Positions 38,791-48,296 are shown, counted from the first letter of the stretch. The stretch is DNA of 64,000 bases from Candidatus Woesearchaeota archaeon (GCA_018303185.1 JAGVYR010000066.1:29553-93552), one strand, 5' to 3'. The notes: generated by a model from the sequence alone, not told the origin. Translations and numbers: made by a program.

Positions 38791-39588
38791 ATGAAGAAGA
38801 AGATTTCCATAACCATAGATGAGAACACGCTGCACGACATAGACTCAATAGTTGACAACATCTACATAAGAAACAGGTCACAGGCGATAGAGCACCTAGT
38901 CAAAAGCAGCCTTGGGGAGAAAAAAAGCGCCGTGATACTTCTTGGCGGCCCTGAGGAGCATCTTCTCATTTCTCCGGATGAATTCAGGCCAACTGCAATG
39001 GTAAAGGGCAAAAGAGTCATTGAGCTCGCACTGAAGAAGCTCCGCGAAAACAATTTCAGGTCTGTTTACATCATAGCAAGAGGCGGTTTGCTCACAAGGC
39101 TCTTCGACATACTGAAGGACGGCTCCCAATACGGAGTTAAGATAATCTATACAGAGGAGAAAAGCTGCAGCGGCACTTTCGATTCGCTGAAGCTGCTTAA
39201 GGGAAAGATTGGCGGCAACTTCCTTGTTGTCTACGGGGATGTAATCTTCAATAAGATAAGCATAGAGGAGCTCTGGAACGACCACATAAGGCAGAATTCC
39301 GTTGCCACGATAATGCTGACGACTTCCTCAAAGCCTTCGGAAAAGGGCACTGTAAGGGTTGAGGGCAACCGCGTCCTAAGCTTCACCCAGAAGCCTAAGA
39401 AATCCGACATCTACCTTGTATTCTCTCCCATCTTCATTACAGAGCCCCAGATATTCGAATATTCCGGCAAAAGCCTTGAATCAGATGTTTTCCCTGAGCT
39501 TGCTGAAAAAGGGCTTCTTAACGGGCATTTGAGCTCTGAGAAAGAAGTGCATATTCACTCAAAAGCTGATATAACGGGGTTTAGATAG
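38791..39588 (+). CDS. Ribbon-helix-helix (CopG-like) domain fused to a degenerate sugar-nucleotidyltransferase domain
   Basis: N-terminal RHH (KISITIDENTLHDIDSIVD...RNRSQAIEHLVK). The NTP-transferase fold follows (ILKDGSQYGVKIIYTEE, LVVYGDVIF). The GGxGTRL loop is replaced by LLGGPEEHLLISPDEFRP. Confidence 0.55.
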   Translation: MKKKISITIDENTLHDIDSIVDNIYIRNRSQAIEHLVKSSLGEKKSAVILLGGPEEHLLISPDEFRPTAMVKGKRVIELALKKLRENNFRSVYIIARGGLLTRLFDILKDGSQYGVKIIYTEEKSCSGTFDSLKLLKGKIGGNFLVVYGDVIFNKISIEELWNDHIRQNSVATIMLTTSSKPSEKGTVRVEGNRVLSFTQKPKKSDIYLVFSPIFITEPQIFEYSGKSLESDVFPELAEKGLLNGHLSSEKEVHIHSKADITGFR

Positions 39589-39622
39589 GTTTAGAAAAGT
39601 TTTACATTCGCCAGGATTAGGG

Positions 39623-40153
39623 TCATTTCACAGCCTCGGCATAATAGGCAAACGGGTACTGCCTTATGCCTGAATGCCTTATTCTGACATTCCTGAACCT
39701 TTGGAACAGTTTCCTTATCGAATGCTCTGTAAAGCGCCAATAATCATAAGGCTCGTCATGCAGCGGATAGAAGCCCGGGACAAAGAAGACAAGCGTGCCA
39801 TTCTTTTTTAATGCGCGGTGCATGTTCTCCATGGCCTTTTCGAAGCCAAAAACATGCTCAAGCACATTAAGGCACAGTATCATGTCAAACTCGCCCTTGT
39901 TTTTCATTTTTGTTACGTCTATAATTTTGTGCCCGTACTCAGGATGGATGTCTGACTGTATGAAATCGTTGGAGCTACTGAAAAATTTCTTTACGGAATA
40001 CTCATGCCTTCCCTTCTCTATCTTGCCGCTCCCAAGCTCCAGGATTTTTTTGTTTTCAGTTTTTTTTGCGAGCTTCCTTATCATCGAGTTCCTGAAGCTG
40101 CCTGTCCTGAAAATCATGTGGGAGAAAGTCCTGAAAAGCTTTTTTAGGGACAT
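39623..40153 (-). CDS. Class I SAM-dependent methyltransferase
   Basis: ILELGSGKIEKG...FDMILCLNVLEHV. Confidence 0.6.
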   Translation of the reverse strand: MSLKKLFRTFSHMIFRTGSFRNSMIRKLAKKTENKKILELGSGKIEKGRHEYSVKKFFSSSNDFIQSDIHPEYGHKIIDVTKMKNKGEFDMILCLNVLEHVFGFEKAMENMHRALKKNGTLVFFVPGFYPLHDEPYDYWRFTEHSIRKLFQRFRNVRIRHSGIRQYPFAYYAEAVK

Positions 40154-40252
40154 ATACGGGCTTCTTTATGCGGTATTTTTATACTTATCTCTTTATTGCT
40201 TTTTATTGTTTTTAATGCCAAAGTTTATTGGAAATGCAACTTTATAAGAAAA

Positions 40253-40368
40253 GGCGGACAGCTTTCCTGGTTTCCCACATAGAAATGCAGTACACCCAAG
40301 AACGGAGGCTCGCTTGACTTCCGAGTTCGGAATGGGATCGGGTAGAACCAAGCCCCTATGGCCGTCCT
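40253..40368 (-). rRNA. 5S ribosomal RNA (unlinked)
   Basis: The reverse complement reads GGACGGCCAUAGGGGCUUGGUUCUACCCGAUCCCAUUCCGAACUCGGAAGUCAAGC...GGGAAACCAGGAAAGCUGUCCGCC. It has the conserved CCGAAC and GGAAGU.AAGC motifs, and helix I closes GGACGGC/GCUGUCC. Confidence 0.85.
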
Positions 40369-40463
40369 AGGGTTTGGGAATGAATTTCGATTTATAAAGC
40401 TTATGGTTTTCGCTCGCCCCATATTGACGCAAAAACAAAGCTTTTATAGTATTAAATTGTCCT

Positions 40464-40757
40464 GTGCTCATGGTATCCAAAGAAGACGTAATAAAAGTCC
40501 TTGAGCAGGTACAGGACCCTGAGCTTGGCATGGACATATATTCTTTAGAGCTGATTTACGAGATTAAGGTGGAAGATGGCAAAGTATATGTGAAGATGAC
40601 CTTCACAACGCCAATGTGCCCCTACGGCCCTATGCTTCTTGATGAAGTCAAATACAGGCTGTCTGAGATTAAGGGCGTGAAGGAAGTAGATGTTGAAGTT
40701 TCTTTTGACCCCCCGTGGGAGCCTTCGCCTGAATTAAGGGCTACGCTTGGGGTTTAG
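40464..40757 (+). CDS. DUF59/MIP18-family Fe-S cluster assembly protein
   Basis: VLEQVQDPELGMDIYSLELIYEIKVEDGKVYVKMTFTTPMCPYGPML. Confidence 0.7.
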   Translation: MLMVSKEDVIKVLEQVQDPELGMDIYSLELIYEIKVEDGKVYVKMTFTTPMCPYGPMLLDEVKYRLSEIKGVKEVDVEVSFDPPWEPSPELRATLGV

Positions 40758-41824
40758 AAATCCGTCAGCTTCTTCGCCTGCCCGTACTTGACTATTGTAG
40801 TTTTGCCGTCTTTGCCGCCTGAAACTTTTTCGGTGGAAATGAACTTGTTCTCGCTTAATTTCTCAATCTTCCTCTGGAATGATTTATACACTAAAGAGCC
40901 GCCCTTGCCATGGTAAATCTTGAATAATTCTCCTATCTTCGACTCCGAATTCGCCCGGCATATATCCAGTATCATCTTCTCATCCGAAGCCAGCTCATCG
41001 CTGCTCTTGACTGTGAGATGGTCAATCTTCTTTATCGCTTCTTCCACATCCCTTAATTCAATTTTCCTTGAGGACCTGTTTTCCGCAGCCAAAGCCGCTT
41101 CTCTCATAAGATGAAGCCCTGTTCTCATGTCTTCAAGCTCTGCTGTCTTTTTTGCAATCGTCTCAAGGGCATCTGCCTCAAGCACATTAGGCGGAAAGGC
41201 GTATTCTGACCTTTGCTTCAGTATGCCTCTTGTTTCATTCAAATTATAGGGCCTGAACTCTATCATTTCCGGCAGTAATCTTGACTTTACCCTTAAATCC
41301 AGCTTGTCAATGAAATCATGGAAATTTGTTATCATGATTATTGATTTCTTGAATATCTCCTCAAGCATCGAATAGACAAGGTCAAAATCCTCAAGCTTGT
41401 CCACTTCATCCAAAGCTATTACAGCAGCTTTCCTGTTCAGTATCCCCTTTACAATGTTGAAAAGCTCGTCAGTCCTTTTGTTGTGCGTAAACTTATATTT
41501 CAGGATCTCGCACATTTCCATCAGAAGCTTAAAGCTGGAGTTTTTCTGCCAGCAGTTTATGTATATGGGGATGACTTCATCAGTCTCGTCTTCCAGCTCA
41601 TTGAGAACGTGCCTTATCGCTGCTGTCTTCCCTACCCCAGGCGGCCCGTGGATGAAAACATTCCTGCCGTTCCTTCCTTCAAGCAAAGGCCTTATGCATC
41701 CCGCAACTTTCCGCTGCTCTGTCTCCCTGTAAAGTAAAGGCTTTGGTAAGTACTCGAAATCCAGCGGGTACTCGTCATTTATCAGTTCTTCATTGGATTT
41801 GAGCATATCCTTGAAAAGAGCCAT
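40754..41824 (-). CDS. Orc1/Cdc6 replication initiator
   Basis: AAA+ Walker A (VFIHGPPGVGKTAAIRHV), Walker B (IALDEVDKL), and a C-terminal winged helix. Confidence 0.85.
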   Translation of the reverse strand: MALFKDMLKSNEELINDEYPLDFEYLPKPLLYRETEQRKVAGCIRPLLEGRNGRNVFIHGPPGVGKTAAIRHVLNELEDETDEVIPIYINCWQKNSSFKLLMEMCEILKYKFTHNKRTDELFNIVKGILNRKAAVIALDEVDKLEDFDLVYSMLEEIFKKSIIMITNFHDFIDKLDLRVKSRLLPEMIEFRPYNLNETRGILKQRSEYAFPPNVLEADALETIAKKTAELEDMRTGLHLMREAALAAENRSSRKIELRDVEEAIKKIDHLTVKSSDELASDEKMILDICRANSESKIGELFKIYHGKGGSLVYKSFQRKIEKLSENKFISTEKVSGGKDGKTTIVKYGQAKKLTDF

Positions 41825-41976
41825 TTTTTTGGTGTTTTATTTTCAGTTATTTCATTTATTATCAAAGCAATGAAATAAAAAACTTTGGTTATATAGGCGG
41901 CCCCATTGTTGGGCCGCATTATGATGCGCCGCATCATTGGCGGCGCCTAACTGGCTAAGGTTTAAAGTTTTTTAGC

Positions 41977-43272
41977 CTAATGCATCCTCATTTTCTCTAA
42001 TCTCTTTAAACCATTCATGTAGGGCTGCAGCACCTTCGGAATGTCTACAGTGCCGTCCTTGTTCTGGTAATTTTCCAGTATTGCCCTCAAAGCCCTTGAA
42101 GTTGCTATTGCAGTGCTGTTCAGCGTATGCACCGGCATTTTTTCAGCGCCTTTCTGGTATCTTATGTTCAGCCTGTTTGCCTGATAGGCAGTGCAGTTTG
42201 AGCATGACACGACTTCCTTGTACTCTTCTTCGCGGGGCATAAAGGCTTCTATGTCGTATTTTTTAGCTGCAACAATCCCAATGTCACCAGTGCAGATATT
42301 CACAACCCTGTAAGGCAGCTCCAGTTTTTTGAAAATGCTTTCTGCAATGGAAAGAAGCTCCTCGTGCATCTTCCATGAGTCTTCCTGCCTGCAAAAAATG
42401 AACATCTCAACCTTGTTGAAATGATGGACGCGGAAGAAGCCCCTTTCATCCACGCCATGGCTTCCCAGCTCTTTCCTGAAGCACGGGCTTATTCCTGCGT
42501 ATTTCTTTGGCAGCTCTTTTTCATTCATGGTTTTATCCTTTAACATTGCCGCAATCGGGTGTTCAGATGTCGCTATAAGATACAAATCCTCATTCTCAAT
42601 CTTGTACATCATCGTCTCGAAATCTGCAAGGTCGGTAACGCCTTCATAAGGCTCCCTCCTCAGCATCAAAGGCGGCTCTACAAGAGTGAAGCCTTTTTCT
42701 ATCAGGATGTCAAGGGCAAGCCTCTGCAAAGCAAGTTCCGTCCTTGCCAAATCCCCTAAGAGGTAATAAAATCCGTGCCCTGAATTCTTCCCTGCGTCAT
42801 CAAAATTAGCCATTCCCAATGATTCTGCAATCTCGCCGTGCGGCTTTAATTTGAAGTCAAACTTCTTTTTCTTTCCTTCTTCCTTCATGACTTTGTTTTC
42901 ACTGCTGTCTTTTCCGTACGGCACTGATTCATGCAGCATGTTCGGGATGTGCATGAGGTACCTGTCAACCTCTTCCTTGATTTTTACGGTCTTTTCCTGC
43001 GCTTCCTTCACTTTCCCGGGAATGTCCTTTGCTTCCTGCATTGCCCTTGACGCATCCTTGCCTTCTTTCTTCAGCTGCCTGATTTCATCAGTGACTTCAT
43101 TCCTTCTTTTTCTCAGACTTTGCTCATCCTGAAGCAGCTTCCTGTATTCCTCATCCTTCTTAACAAGGTCGTCAAACCAATCCAGAATTTTAGCATTTCT
43201 TCTTTTCTCAAGGTTCTTCCTAACTTCCTGAGTGTGTTCCCGCACGTATTTTATATCGAGCATTTTGCTCAA
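41977..43272 (-). CDS. serS: Seryl-tRNA synthetase
   Basis: N-terminal coiled coil with class II aaRS motifs (FRKELGSHGVDERGFFRVHHFNKVEMF...). Confidence 0.85.
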   Translation of the reverse strand: MSKMLDIKYVREHTQEVRKNLEKRRNAKILDWFDDLVKKDEEYRKLLQDEQSLRKRRNEVTDEIRQLKKEGKDASRAMQEAKDIPGKVKEAQEKTVKIKEEVDRYLMHIPNMLHESVPYGKDSSENKVMKEEGKKKKFDFKLKPHGEIAESLGMANFDDAGKNSGHGFYYLLGDLARTELALQRLALDILIEKGFTLVEPPLMLRREPYEGVTDLADFETMMYKIENEDLYLIATSEHPIAAMLKDKTMNEKELPKKYAGISPCFRKELGSHGVDERGFFRVHHFNKVEMFIFCRQEDSWKMHEELLSIAESIFKKLELPYRVVNICTGDIGIVAAKKYDIEAFMPREEEYKEVVSCSNCTAYQANRLNIRYQKGAEKMPVHTLNSTAIATSRALRAILENYQNKDGTVDIPKVLQPYMNGLKRLEKMRMH

Positions 43273-43323
43273 GAAAGAAAAAGCGTATAAAAAGGTTTTG
43301 GAAAGGCGCCAGTTCAGCAGAAG

Positions 43324-43605
43324 CTAGCCGTGGTAATTATTGGATGGCTCCCATCCTTGAGATTTATAATACGTGCCTAGACGGTCTTCTCTTGGAACCT
43401 CTCCGGGCGCATAAAGGCCGCTTGGCGAATATGTCCAACATTTGGGAGCTTCAGGTTGAGGTGCTATGGCTTCAGCAACCCTAGCGTCTATATTAAACTC
43501 TCCGGAACGTACAACTCTAAGATGTCTTGGCTTTTTTTCCTGTGGAGATTGTATTCCATGTTGTATTCCGGGATCATATGGAAGTGGTCTCGCTGCTTCA
43601 TGCAT
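43324..43605 (-). CDS. Hypothetical protein
   Basis: ORF only, no recognisable motif. Confidence 0.2.
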   Translation of the reverse strand: MHEAARPLPYDPGIQHGIQSPQEKKPRHLRVVRSGEFNIDARVAEAIAPQPEAPKCWTYSPSGLYAPGEVPREDRLGTYYKSQGWEPSNNYHG

Positions 43606-43771
43606 TTAATTTCACCATAACATTCTTTTTAGAATAATAGTTATTACTGAGATGCTTTCTCCATGCAACTGGCGGTGGGGTCATCGTATTCTTATGCTGA
43701 CACTAAAACTTCTTTTTCCTCTCTATGTGCCCCCACTATTGCAATTATAAAAAAATCATAATCGTTAATTA

Positions 43772-44146
43772 TCATTTCTCACGTTCGGCCAATTTTGAAT
43801 ATATCAACAGCATTTCAACCGCTTCTCTGCCATTTCTTGCCATGAAGCCGTCTGATTCCACTTTTGCCATCATTGCTTGATAGCCAAGAGAATATCTCGG
43901 TAGTTCTGAGAGAAGACTTAACTCCAGAATCCTGTGCGTTTGTGAATCCATCGGCCTTCGCAGAATGCCGGCAGCCTGTATCAAAGCGTCAATCGTTCCG
44001 TCAGGGCCGTCAACCACACCCGTACTAAATTGCGCTCTTGCATGATTAACTCGACCATAGAATTCTATCTCTAATAGTTTGGGAGCCATGACTTTTGTCC
44101 CAACAGGGAGTTTATAATTCGCCTTCACTGTACTTATTGGAGCCAT
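43772..44146 (-). CDS. Hypothetical protein
   Basis: ORF with plausible composition, no recognisable motif. Confidence 0.3.
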   Translation of the reverse strand: MAPISTVKANYKLPVGTKVMAPKLLEIEFYGRVNHARAQFSTGVVDGPDGTIDALIQAAGILRRPMDSQTHRILELSLLSELPRYSLGYQAMMAKVESDGFMARNGREAVEMLLIYSKLAEREK

Positions 44147-44265
44147 TTCTTGCCTACTAGTATTCTCTTATCCACACTAGTCATACCTTTCTATATCTTT
44201 GAAACAATAAATATATAAAGCTTTGGGTGTTTTTATGGTATAAATGTAACATTTTAAAGGCAAAA

Positions 44266-44841
44266 ATGAGAAAATTGGATCCGCAGGAGACGAAGATTGT
44301 CCGCCAATTAATAAGAAATCCAAGGATTTCGGACAATCAGATCTCAAAAAACACACTAATCCCTGTCATGACAGTCAACAGGAAAAGGAAGCTGCTTGAG
44401 AAAGAAGGGATTATCGGCTATCACACTATAGTGTACCACGGCGATTCTTCAACCAAGGAGTACAGGGCAAAGCAGCTCTACACAATCCAATTCAGGACAG
44501 GCATTACAAAGGAAGACTACCTCAACGCAATAAAGAGCAGCAAGAAGTTCATGGAATTCAATGCCAAATACCATTCAGATTCTTTTCTTGGGGAAAAAGA
44601 CGGCCATCTTGCGGTTGTCATAATACTTGAGGCTGACAGCCATGCAGAGCTGATGGAGATTTTTAACGGCGAAGTGATACAAAACATAAAGAAGCGCCAT
44701 GGAGAAGACTGCATAGACAAGACATACACTGTGAAGCTCTACCAGCCGATAAGGCTCCACCACAATTACCTTCCTGCCTTCAACATGGAGAACGGCATAA
44801 TAAGGAAAGACTGGCCCGATGAGTGGGTTTATGTGCAGTGA
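44266..44841 (+). CDS. Lrp/AsnC-like HTH transcription regulator with extended C-terminal domain
   Basis: N-terminal KLDPQETKIVRQLIRNPRISDNQISKNTLIPVMTVNRKRKLLEKEGII (AsnC-type HTH). Confidence 0.45.
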   Translation: MRKLDPQETKIVRQLIRNPRISDNQISKNTLIPVMTVNRKRKLLEKEGIIGYHTIVYHGDSSTKEYRAKQLYTIQFRTGITKEDYLNAIKSSKKFMEFNAKYHSDSFLGEKDGHLAVVIILEADSHAELMEIFNGEVIQNIKKRHGEDCIDKTYTVKLYQPIRLHHNYLPAFNMENGIIRKDWPDEWVYVQ

Positions 44842-44922
44842 TTGGATTAAGGCTTATCTTGTTTTTCGAATGTTTTATTGTTGATTGAAGTTCAGAGATG
44901 CTCTTCGGCACGTCAAAAAGAA

Positions 44923-45252
44923 TCAGGCAGTAACTTTCTGTTTCTGGTCGGTAATCTCCTCATTCATAAGCTTTTTGGAAATATCAATATCCAGATCTAT
45001 CAATTTCTTCACAAGATGGTTGCTCAAGTTTAATTTGTACAGCTCCGCTCTCCCGATTTTCCTTGTCTTTGCCACTATCCCCAATTTTACTATGTTTCCC
45101 CAAAATCCGTGCAGGGTGCTCCAGCCGATATCAGCATTTTTTGCAATATCTGTCAGGCTATAGTCAAATTCCCTGTTGTCCAGAAAGAAGTCTATGACTT
45201 TGACTATAGGGGAATCTCCAAATACTACTCTAAAAGATGATTTTTCTTCCAT
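44923..45252 (-). CDS. Winged helix-turn-helix DNA-binding protein
   Basis: YSLTDIAKNADIGWSTLHGFWGNIVKLGIVAKTRKIGRAELYKL. Confidence 0.45.
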   Translation of the reverse strand: MEEKSSFRVVFGDSPIVKVIDFFLDNREFDYSLTDIAKNADIGWSTLHGFWGNIVKLGIVAKTRKIGRAELYKLNLSNHLVKKLIDLDIDISKKLMNEEITDQKQKVTA

Positions 45253-45343
45253 CGTATTGTATTATTAGGAGAACTTGTTTATATATTTTTCTATAGTTTA
45301 ATGTTCAGTATAGTGAACAAATCTATAAATATATGCTGCACTT

Positions 45344-45595
45344 TTGGAGTATTATATGGACTTCAAAAAGATTATTCTGAGGAAGATGTTCAGGCTAAGG
45401 ATTATTGGAGGAAAGCATACAGCTATAGAGCATTTGAACAAAGGGCTGCCAAAACATGCAGTTGGAGAAGCAAAAAATGCTGTTAAAGAGCTTATCAAAG
45501 AGGAATTTATTCTGCAGAAGCCCACTTCCTACGGCTTGCAGGTTAGCCTGAATCCGGAAAAAATTGAAGAGATAATCAAGATTATAGAAAACTGA
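45344..45595 (+). CDS. Hypothetical small protein
   Basis: ORF only, divergent from the wHTH gene. Confidence 0.3.
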   Translation: MEYYMDFKKIILRKMFRLRIIGGKHTAIEHLNKGLPKHAVGEAKNAVKELIKEEFILQKPTSYGLQVSLNPEKIEEIIKIIEN

Positions 45596-45630
45596 TAAAA
45601 AAGTTTGTATGCTTGTTGTGGTGCCTTAAT

Positions 45631-47556
45631 CTACTCCAGAATCCTTATCTCTTCCCCTGAATTCATCGCCTTCATGACAGCCTGCCCGATATTGTTCTTT
45701 TTCTTGATTTTAATCACGCCCGTCTTGCCTGCCTGCACTGTCAGAAGGTAATTTTCCCCTATGTAAACATCAAACTCCCTGTTCTGGTTTTCCATTCCCA
45801 AGTCGAAGTGCATCGCATTGCCCTTCATGTGCAGGCTGTATTTTATTTCGTTTCCAATGATTTCATTTCCATGCTCTTTTTCATTGAATGAGTTTTCTTT
45901 TCTATTCTCTGTTTTTTCATTGAATTTATTTTCCTTGTGCCCATGTTTCAATTCCCTGACATCAACGCCCATCCCCAATTCTTTCTCAATCCTTTCAATA
46001 TTTTTCCCTTGCTTCCCTATAATGCCTGCAATCTCATTCTCAGGAACATAGACAATGCATTTATTGTCATTCAAAACCTCGACTTCAATGCTATCCACAT
46101 ATTGCCTGAAAAAATCCTTTATCCCTTTCTCGGCGTGCTTCAAAGCCCCGGACTTCCTGCTGCTTTCCTGCACCGGCACTACAACAGTCTGCTCACCATA
46201 GCTGTAAATCTCATAAGCTGCCTTTCCCGTCTCGAAATCATCCACAACCACAACAGGCCTTGACAAATCAGCTTCTGTCATTCCTGCAGGCACTTTCACT
46301 GTCATTTTTACTGACAGTGTTTTTTCTATTTTTCCGTTTTTGATAAAAATGACCGTGTCTATGATTTGCGGGATAACGCCCATCTCAACCCTTCCTAAGA
46401 ATCTCTGTATTGCATCTATGGGGTTTGTGGCATGCACGACACCGACCATGCCGACTCCTGCCAGCCTCAAATCAGCAAAGAGCTGGAAGTCTTTTGTATT
46501 CCTCATCTCATCAAATATGGTATGGTCGGGCCTTGTCAATAAAAGAATATCGTGTATCTCCTGCGCATCCCCGTGGCTTATTGCATACTGCGTTATCGAT
46601 TCCGGCAGCACAAGATCCCTTGGAGCCTCGACTGTCTTTACAATCTTGTCCTGCTTTGCATAGTTTTCTGCCAGCGCCTGGGCAAAAGTCGATTTTCCCA
46701 TTCCCGGGCTTCCTGCAACTAAAATGCCTTCTGCCTGCTTTCCTATCCTTTCCTTCAGCTTTTCGCTCATCTCATAGTCTTCAAGGCTAAGCTTCTTTAC
46801 AGGCCTTACTGCGGTGATTTCATGCCCGTCAGAAAACGGCGGCCTTGTTATCACAATCCTGAAATTTCCAAGCTGTATTATAGTTGAGCCGAACCTTTCA
46901 ATCTCAATAAAGCCATCCCTTCTTATTTTCGCTTCCTCAATTATTTCCTTGCTTATTTCCTGGATTTCTTCCTGTGACAGTAATTTTTTCCTTAATTCCC
47001 TGAATTCCCATTCTCCCGGCTTTCCCCTTTTTGCATATGGCGGCACGTTTTCTCTCAAGTGAACTGACATGGTTGTTTCATCAAAGAACTTTTCTAGCTT
47101 CAGTTTTTTTATCTGGGTTTCCGGCACTTGAAAATATTGGCACTTTATGCCTTTTGCAAAAGCCACTTCGCTTTGAACCTTATCTGATGTGACTAAGGTA
47201 GCATCCTCATCATGCGCCAGCTGCCTGATTAAAGCGTCAATCTCCCCTAGGGAAGCGTGCCTTATTTCCGCAGCCCTTGGGCGATGCCCTTTGAAGCTTA
47301 AAGTGAAATTTTTCTCTTTTGAAAGCTCCCTCAGCTTCTTTATTTCATCCAATCCAAGGAAGCCTATTGCCTTGCCCTCATTTGCCTGATGCTCCAGTTC
47401 TGCCAGGGAAGCCTCATGTATGATAATCTCTTCAGGCTTTATCTCCTCTTTCGCTGTCATATGTGAAAGCAAAGCCGGCTTTATCTCCTCTTTCGCTGTC
47501 ATATGTGAAAGCAAAGCCCGTATTATTACAGAAGTATCCGGCACAATCCTTTCCAT
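45631..47556 (-). CDS. PIN-domain / PilT-like ATPase / KH-domain protein (archaeal COG1855 family)
   Basis: N-terminal PIN (MERIVPDTSVIIRA), Walker A (GSPGMGKSTFAQALAENY), and a C-terminal KH (NEIAGIIGKQGKNIERIEKELGMGVDV). Contains an in-frame 42-nt tandem duplication. Confidence 0.75.
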   Translation of the reverse strand: MERIVPDTSVIIRALLSHMTAKEEIKPALLSHMTAKEEIKPEEIIIHEASLAELEHQANEGKAIGFLGLDEIKKLRELSKEKNFTLSFKGHRPRAAEIRHASLGEIDALIRQLAHDEDATLVTSDKVQSEVAFAKGIKCQYFQVPETQIKKLKLEKFFDETTMSVHLRENVPPYAKRGKPGEWEFRELRKKLLSQEEIQEISKEIIEEAKIRRDGFIEIERFGSTIIQLGNFRIVITRPPFSDGHEITAVRPVKKLSLEDYEMSEKLKERIGKQAEGILVAGSPGMGKSTFAQALAENYAKQDKIVKTVEAPRDLVLPESITQYAISHGDAQEIHDILLLTRPDHTIFDEMRNTKDFQLFADLRLAGVGMVGVVHATNPIDAIQRFLGRVEMGVIPQIIDTVIFIKNGKIEKTLSVKMTVKVPAGMTEADLSRPVVVVDDFETGKAAYEIYSYGEQTVVVPVQESSRKSGALKHAEKGIKDFFRQYVDSIEVEVLNDNKCIVYVPENEIAGIIGKQGKNIERIEKELGMGVDVRELKHGHKENKFNEKTENRKENSFNEKEHGNEIIGNEIKYSLHMKGNAMHFDLGMENQNREFDVYIGENYLLTVQAGKTGVIKIKKKNNIGQAVMKAMNSGEEIRILE

Positions 47557-47759
47557 GCTGCTTTGGAAGCCAGATTAGTATAAATAATTATGTATTTTAA
47601 TTATTTTCAGTATGGAAGTAAATTAATATTTTTATTGTTTTAATTATTTTCAATAAGGAAAAAATTTAATTTTTCAATAGAACTTATGTGAAACGGATAC
47701 CTACTAAAGAATAGTTATCAAGCGAATGATATAAATACAGATAACGGTTTCCTTGGATT

Positions 47760-47993
47760 ATGCCAAATCCATTACCCGAAGACCTTGAAAGAAGATTGGA
47801 ACAGATTTTCGAAACCTTTGGAAAAGAAGCTGACGGGGGCTATGCTGCCTTAATGAATAAAGTGATTGATTCTCTTTTGAAGTTGACTGTGTGGTCTGCA
47901 GGATATGCTGACCATGAGACAGCAAGAGATAAAACGGCCTTCATTTTAGCAGCAAAAAGAGAAGTTGCGAATATGCAGGGGTACGCTATTTGA
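47760..47993 (+). CDS. Hypothetical protein (first gene of a two-gene operon)
   Basis: ORF, with a 4-nt ATGA overlap with the next ORF. Confidence 0.35.
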   Translation: MPNPLPEDLERRLEQIFETFGKEADGGYAALMNKVIDSLLKLTVWSAGYADHETARDKTAFILAAKREVANMQGYAI

Positions 47994-48292
47994 GTAATGA
48001 CACCAAATATTATGAACCTGGTCTGATGGGAGTTGGCCAGGCGCTGCTGTATCTTGACCAGGCTTTTTCCGGTGACCCTGTTGTTTCTGGCGCATTCCGC
48101 CTCAGGCTGGATAAGATGGGGATGGCGATGCTCGAGTCATCCAAAGCTGCAATCATAAGAACTGTCGATGGGCAGAAATCGAAGGTTGATATGGAAAAGC
48201 TGAAATTAGTGGATAAAGGCATAGTAGACATAATGGCAGGCCATAAGGACGCATTTTATCATGAACATAAATCGTATCTTCAACAGGCTTGA
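47990..48292 (+). CDS. Hypothetical protein (second gene of a two-gene operon)
   Basis: ORF, translationally coupled to 47760..47993. Confidence 0.35.
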   Translation: MSNDTKYYEPGLMGVGQALLYLDQAFSGDPVVSGAFRLRLDKMGMAMLESSKAAIIRTVDGQKSKVDMEKLKLVDKGIVDIMAGHKDAFYHEHKSYLQQA

Positions 48293-48296
48293 TTTT

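Noticed and set aside
40225-40422. 65-aa ORF
   Set aside because: It lies within the 5S rRNA gene on the same strand, so it is a spurious translation of the rRNA.
41825-41976. Replication origin with ORB elements upstream of orc1/cdc6
   Set aside because: Only two GC-rich palindromes are present and no repeated origin-recognition boxes. Because serS lies immediately upstream on the same strand, the palindromes are more simply explained as serS terminator hairpins plus the orc1 promoter.
47557-47759. AT-rich intergenic region with a direct repeat ttttaattattttca (two copies); considered as a DUE or origin
   Set aside because: It is a divergent promoter region with ordinary AT-rich archaeal promoter composition. 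It has no initiator gene adjacent and no ORB-like boxes.
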